From positions 1,119,537 to 1,183,536 of the forward strand of contig NW_005434666.1 of NCBI RefSeq assembly GCF_000315625.1: a stretch of 64,000 nucleotides of DNA. The letters are read 5' to 3'. Positions 62,831 to 64,000 of this stretch are shown here, one piece after another. The position numbers were made by a program, and so were the translations under genes. Below the pieces are notes generated by a model. It was not told the origin of the DNA. It did not search any database and was given only the letters and a program-made list of their open reading frames with translations. Source of the stretch: Guillardia theta CCMP2712 (Eukaryota; Protista; Cryptophyta). Each line of letters opens with the position of its first letter. Position 1 is the stretch's first letter.

Positions 62831-62947
62831 TAGGGTTTAGGGTTTAGGGTTTAGGGTTTAGGGTTTAGGGTTTAGGGTTTAGGGTTTAGGGTTTAGGGTT
62901 TAGGGTTTAGGGTTTAGGGTTTAGGGTTTAGGGTTTAGGGTTTAGGG
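62831..62947 (+). repeat. Interstitial telomeric tract (TTTAGGG)~16
   Basis: 117 bp of perfect TTTAGGG. Confidence 0.98.
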
Positions 62948-64000
62948 CCGGTTATTTCAGGCACCATGGCTGCACGCGTGGTGTAGGGGAAGCTGCCAGG
63001 GCGCCAAGGAAGCGGCAAGCGAGAGGTTTGTATACTTCAAATAGCTTTCTAAGTATGGTTCTTCAGTATGATGAAAATGTTCGCAACCTGCTGTATCGGA
63101 GATCATGCCAATACACGCAGAGCGGACTTGTGGATGCCTCTGTCCTCGAAGCTGATCTCGTCGAGAGGGTGAAGAGCTTCGCGAAGCGTTATCCGAACAG
63201 CAGGACAGCCCAGGCTTGCAAGGCTGTGGAGGGATGCACCCCCGACGCTATCGCAGAAGCCATCCGCTCGACATGTCAGCAGGCACGACGTGAGCTTCTG
63301 CAAGAAGCGATGACTGGATGGAGTGACGCATCCAGAGAGTGGTTTATGCAGCAGATTGAAGAAGCCAAGAAGGAGAAGGTCGAGACATACACCGCCTCAG
63401 CAGGCAACGAGGTGACTTCCTTCATCTCCATGACTCTCCTGGGCATCTCCTCGGTGTATGTCAACCATGAAGAAAAGCTGAAGAAGAAATTTGAAGAGAT
63501 CGGACTGATCGTAGACTCAGTGCAAGAGAGTAAAGCAATCATGTGGAAGGCTCCGTATAGACCCGAGATAGCGAGTGCTGAGGAGATCCCGGTGACTGTT
63601 TCCTTCCTCCGCAATGCACAAGCGGAGAAGCTCTGGCAGGGAAGAGAGGACTTCGCGATCGATGGTCGCAAGTTCACAGCTGTACATGTGAGCATCGTGC
63701 ACGATCGATCTTTCAAGATTCGAGCCAAGAGAGGACCCTGGGGCAAAGGGGGCAGCTTGGCAGAGCTGACTCACCTGCTAACCTTGGGCGGCATGACAAC
63801 GGCTGAGATAGCTGCCGTCTACCGCTATCAGCTGCTGCGCCAGTCCCTTGCAGCGGTCCAACTCCAGCCGCTGGCAGGCATGCTGGTCGCTGGGGCGCCA
63901 GGACAGCAAGTCCACAAAGGCTTAGGTCAGAAAGGCTTCGTCGCTGTAGGGGCCAACGTCATCTGGAGACAGAGGGAGGTGGAGTGGATCGTCTCCTCGA
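62948..64000 (+). mobile_element. Element D: intact 5' end and ORF1 start (ATG ~63055, open to window end)
   Basis: Starts CCGGTTATTTCAGGCACC right after TTTAGGG; open frame MVLQYDENVRNLLYRRSC..FAKRYPNSRTAQA..WKAPYRPE..GPWGKGGSLAEL. Confidence 0.9.

Noticed and set aside
62636-62847. Short ORFs and CRISPR-like appearance in the 25-bp repeat
   Set aside because: No spacers; the ORFs are low-complexity translation artefacts
50486-64000. Penelope-like (Athena/Coprina) telomeric retroelements
   Set aside because: Element E has CCHC plus RLE motifs typical of R2-like LINEs; no pseudo-LTRs or hammerhead cores (CTGANGA...GAAA) were found by eye

Overview
Eukaryotic nuclear DNA with many short GT-AG introns. 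It is probably a cryptophyte alga such as Guillardia theta (inference from intron style, gene content and TTTAGGG repeats; not proven). Positions 1-40000 are gene-dense: an IP3-receptor-like exon, an intronless multi-TIR protein, a pepsin-family protease with permuted motif order, FKBP12, Mis12, a coiled-coil protein, a MORN protein, an ankyrin/C2 protein, a GH13 amylase, PDH E1-beta, a DUF4551-like protein, a PDZ-PH-ankyrin protein and a GNAT acetyltransferase. Positions 40076-64000 are a nested transposon cluster interspersed with TTTAGGG tracts. It holds a full-length Ty3/Gypsy chromovirus (247-bp LTRs, GTGCT target-site duplication, TSD) whose RT is interrupted by a 2.5-kb element with CCGTTCAC terminal inverted repeats (TIRs) and a CATG TSD. 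It also holds two members of a BAH-like ORF family. The main candidate for a new system is a head-to-tail array of non-LTR retroelements inserted in telomeric repeats. They share an unrecognised ORF1 family and a CTAATAAA-(CTA)n tail joined to GGGTTT; one copy carries a restriction-like endonuclease (RLE) ORF2 and another is apparently ORF1-only. A second strong candidate is the circularly permuted aspartic protease. Boundaries of multi-exon genes are approximate.
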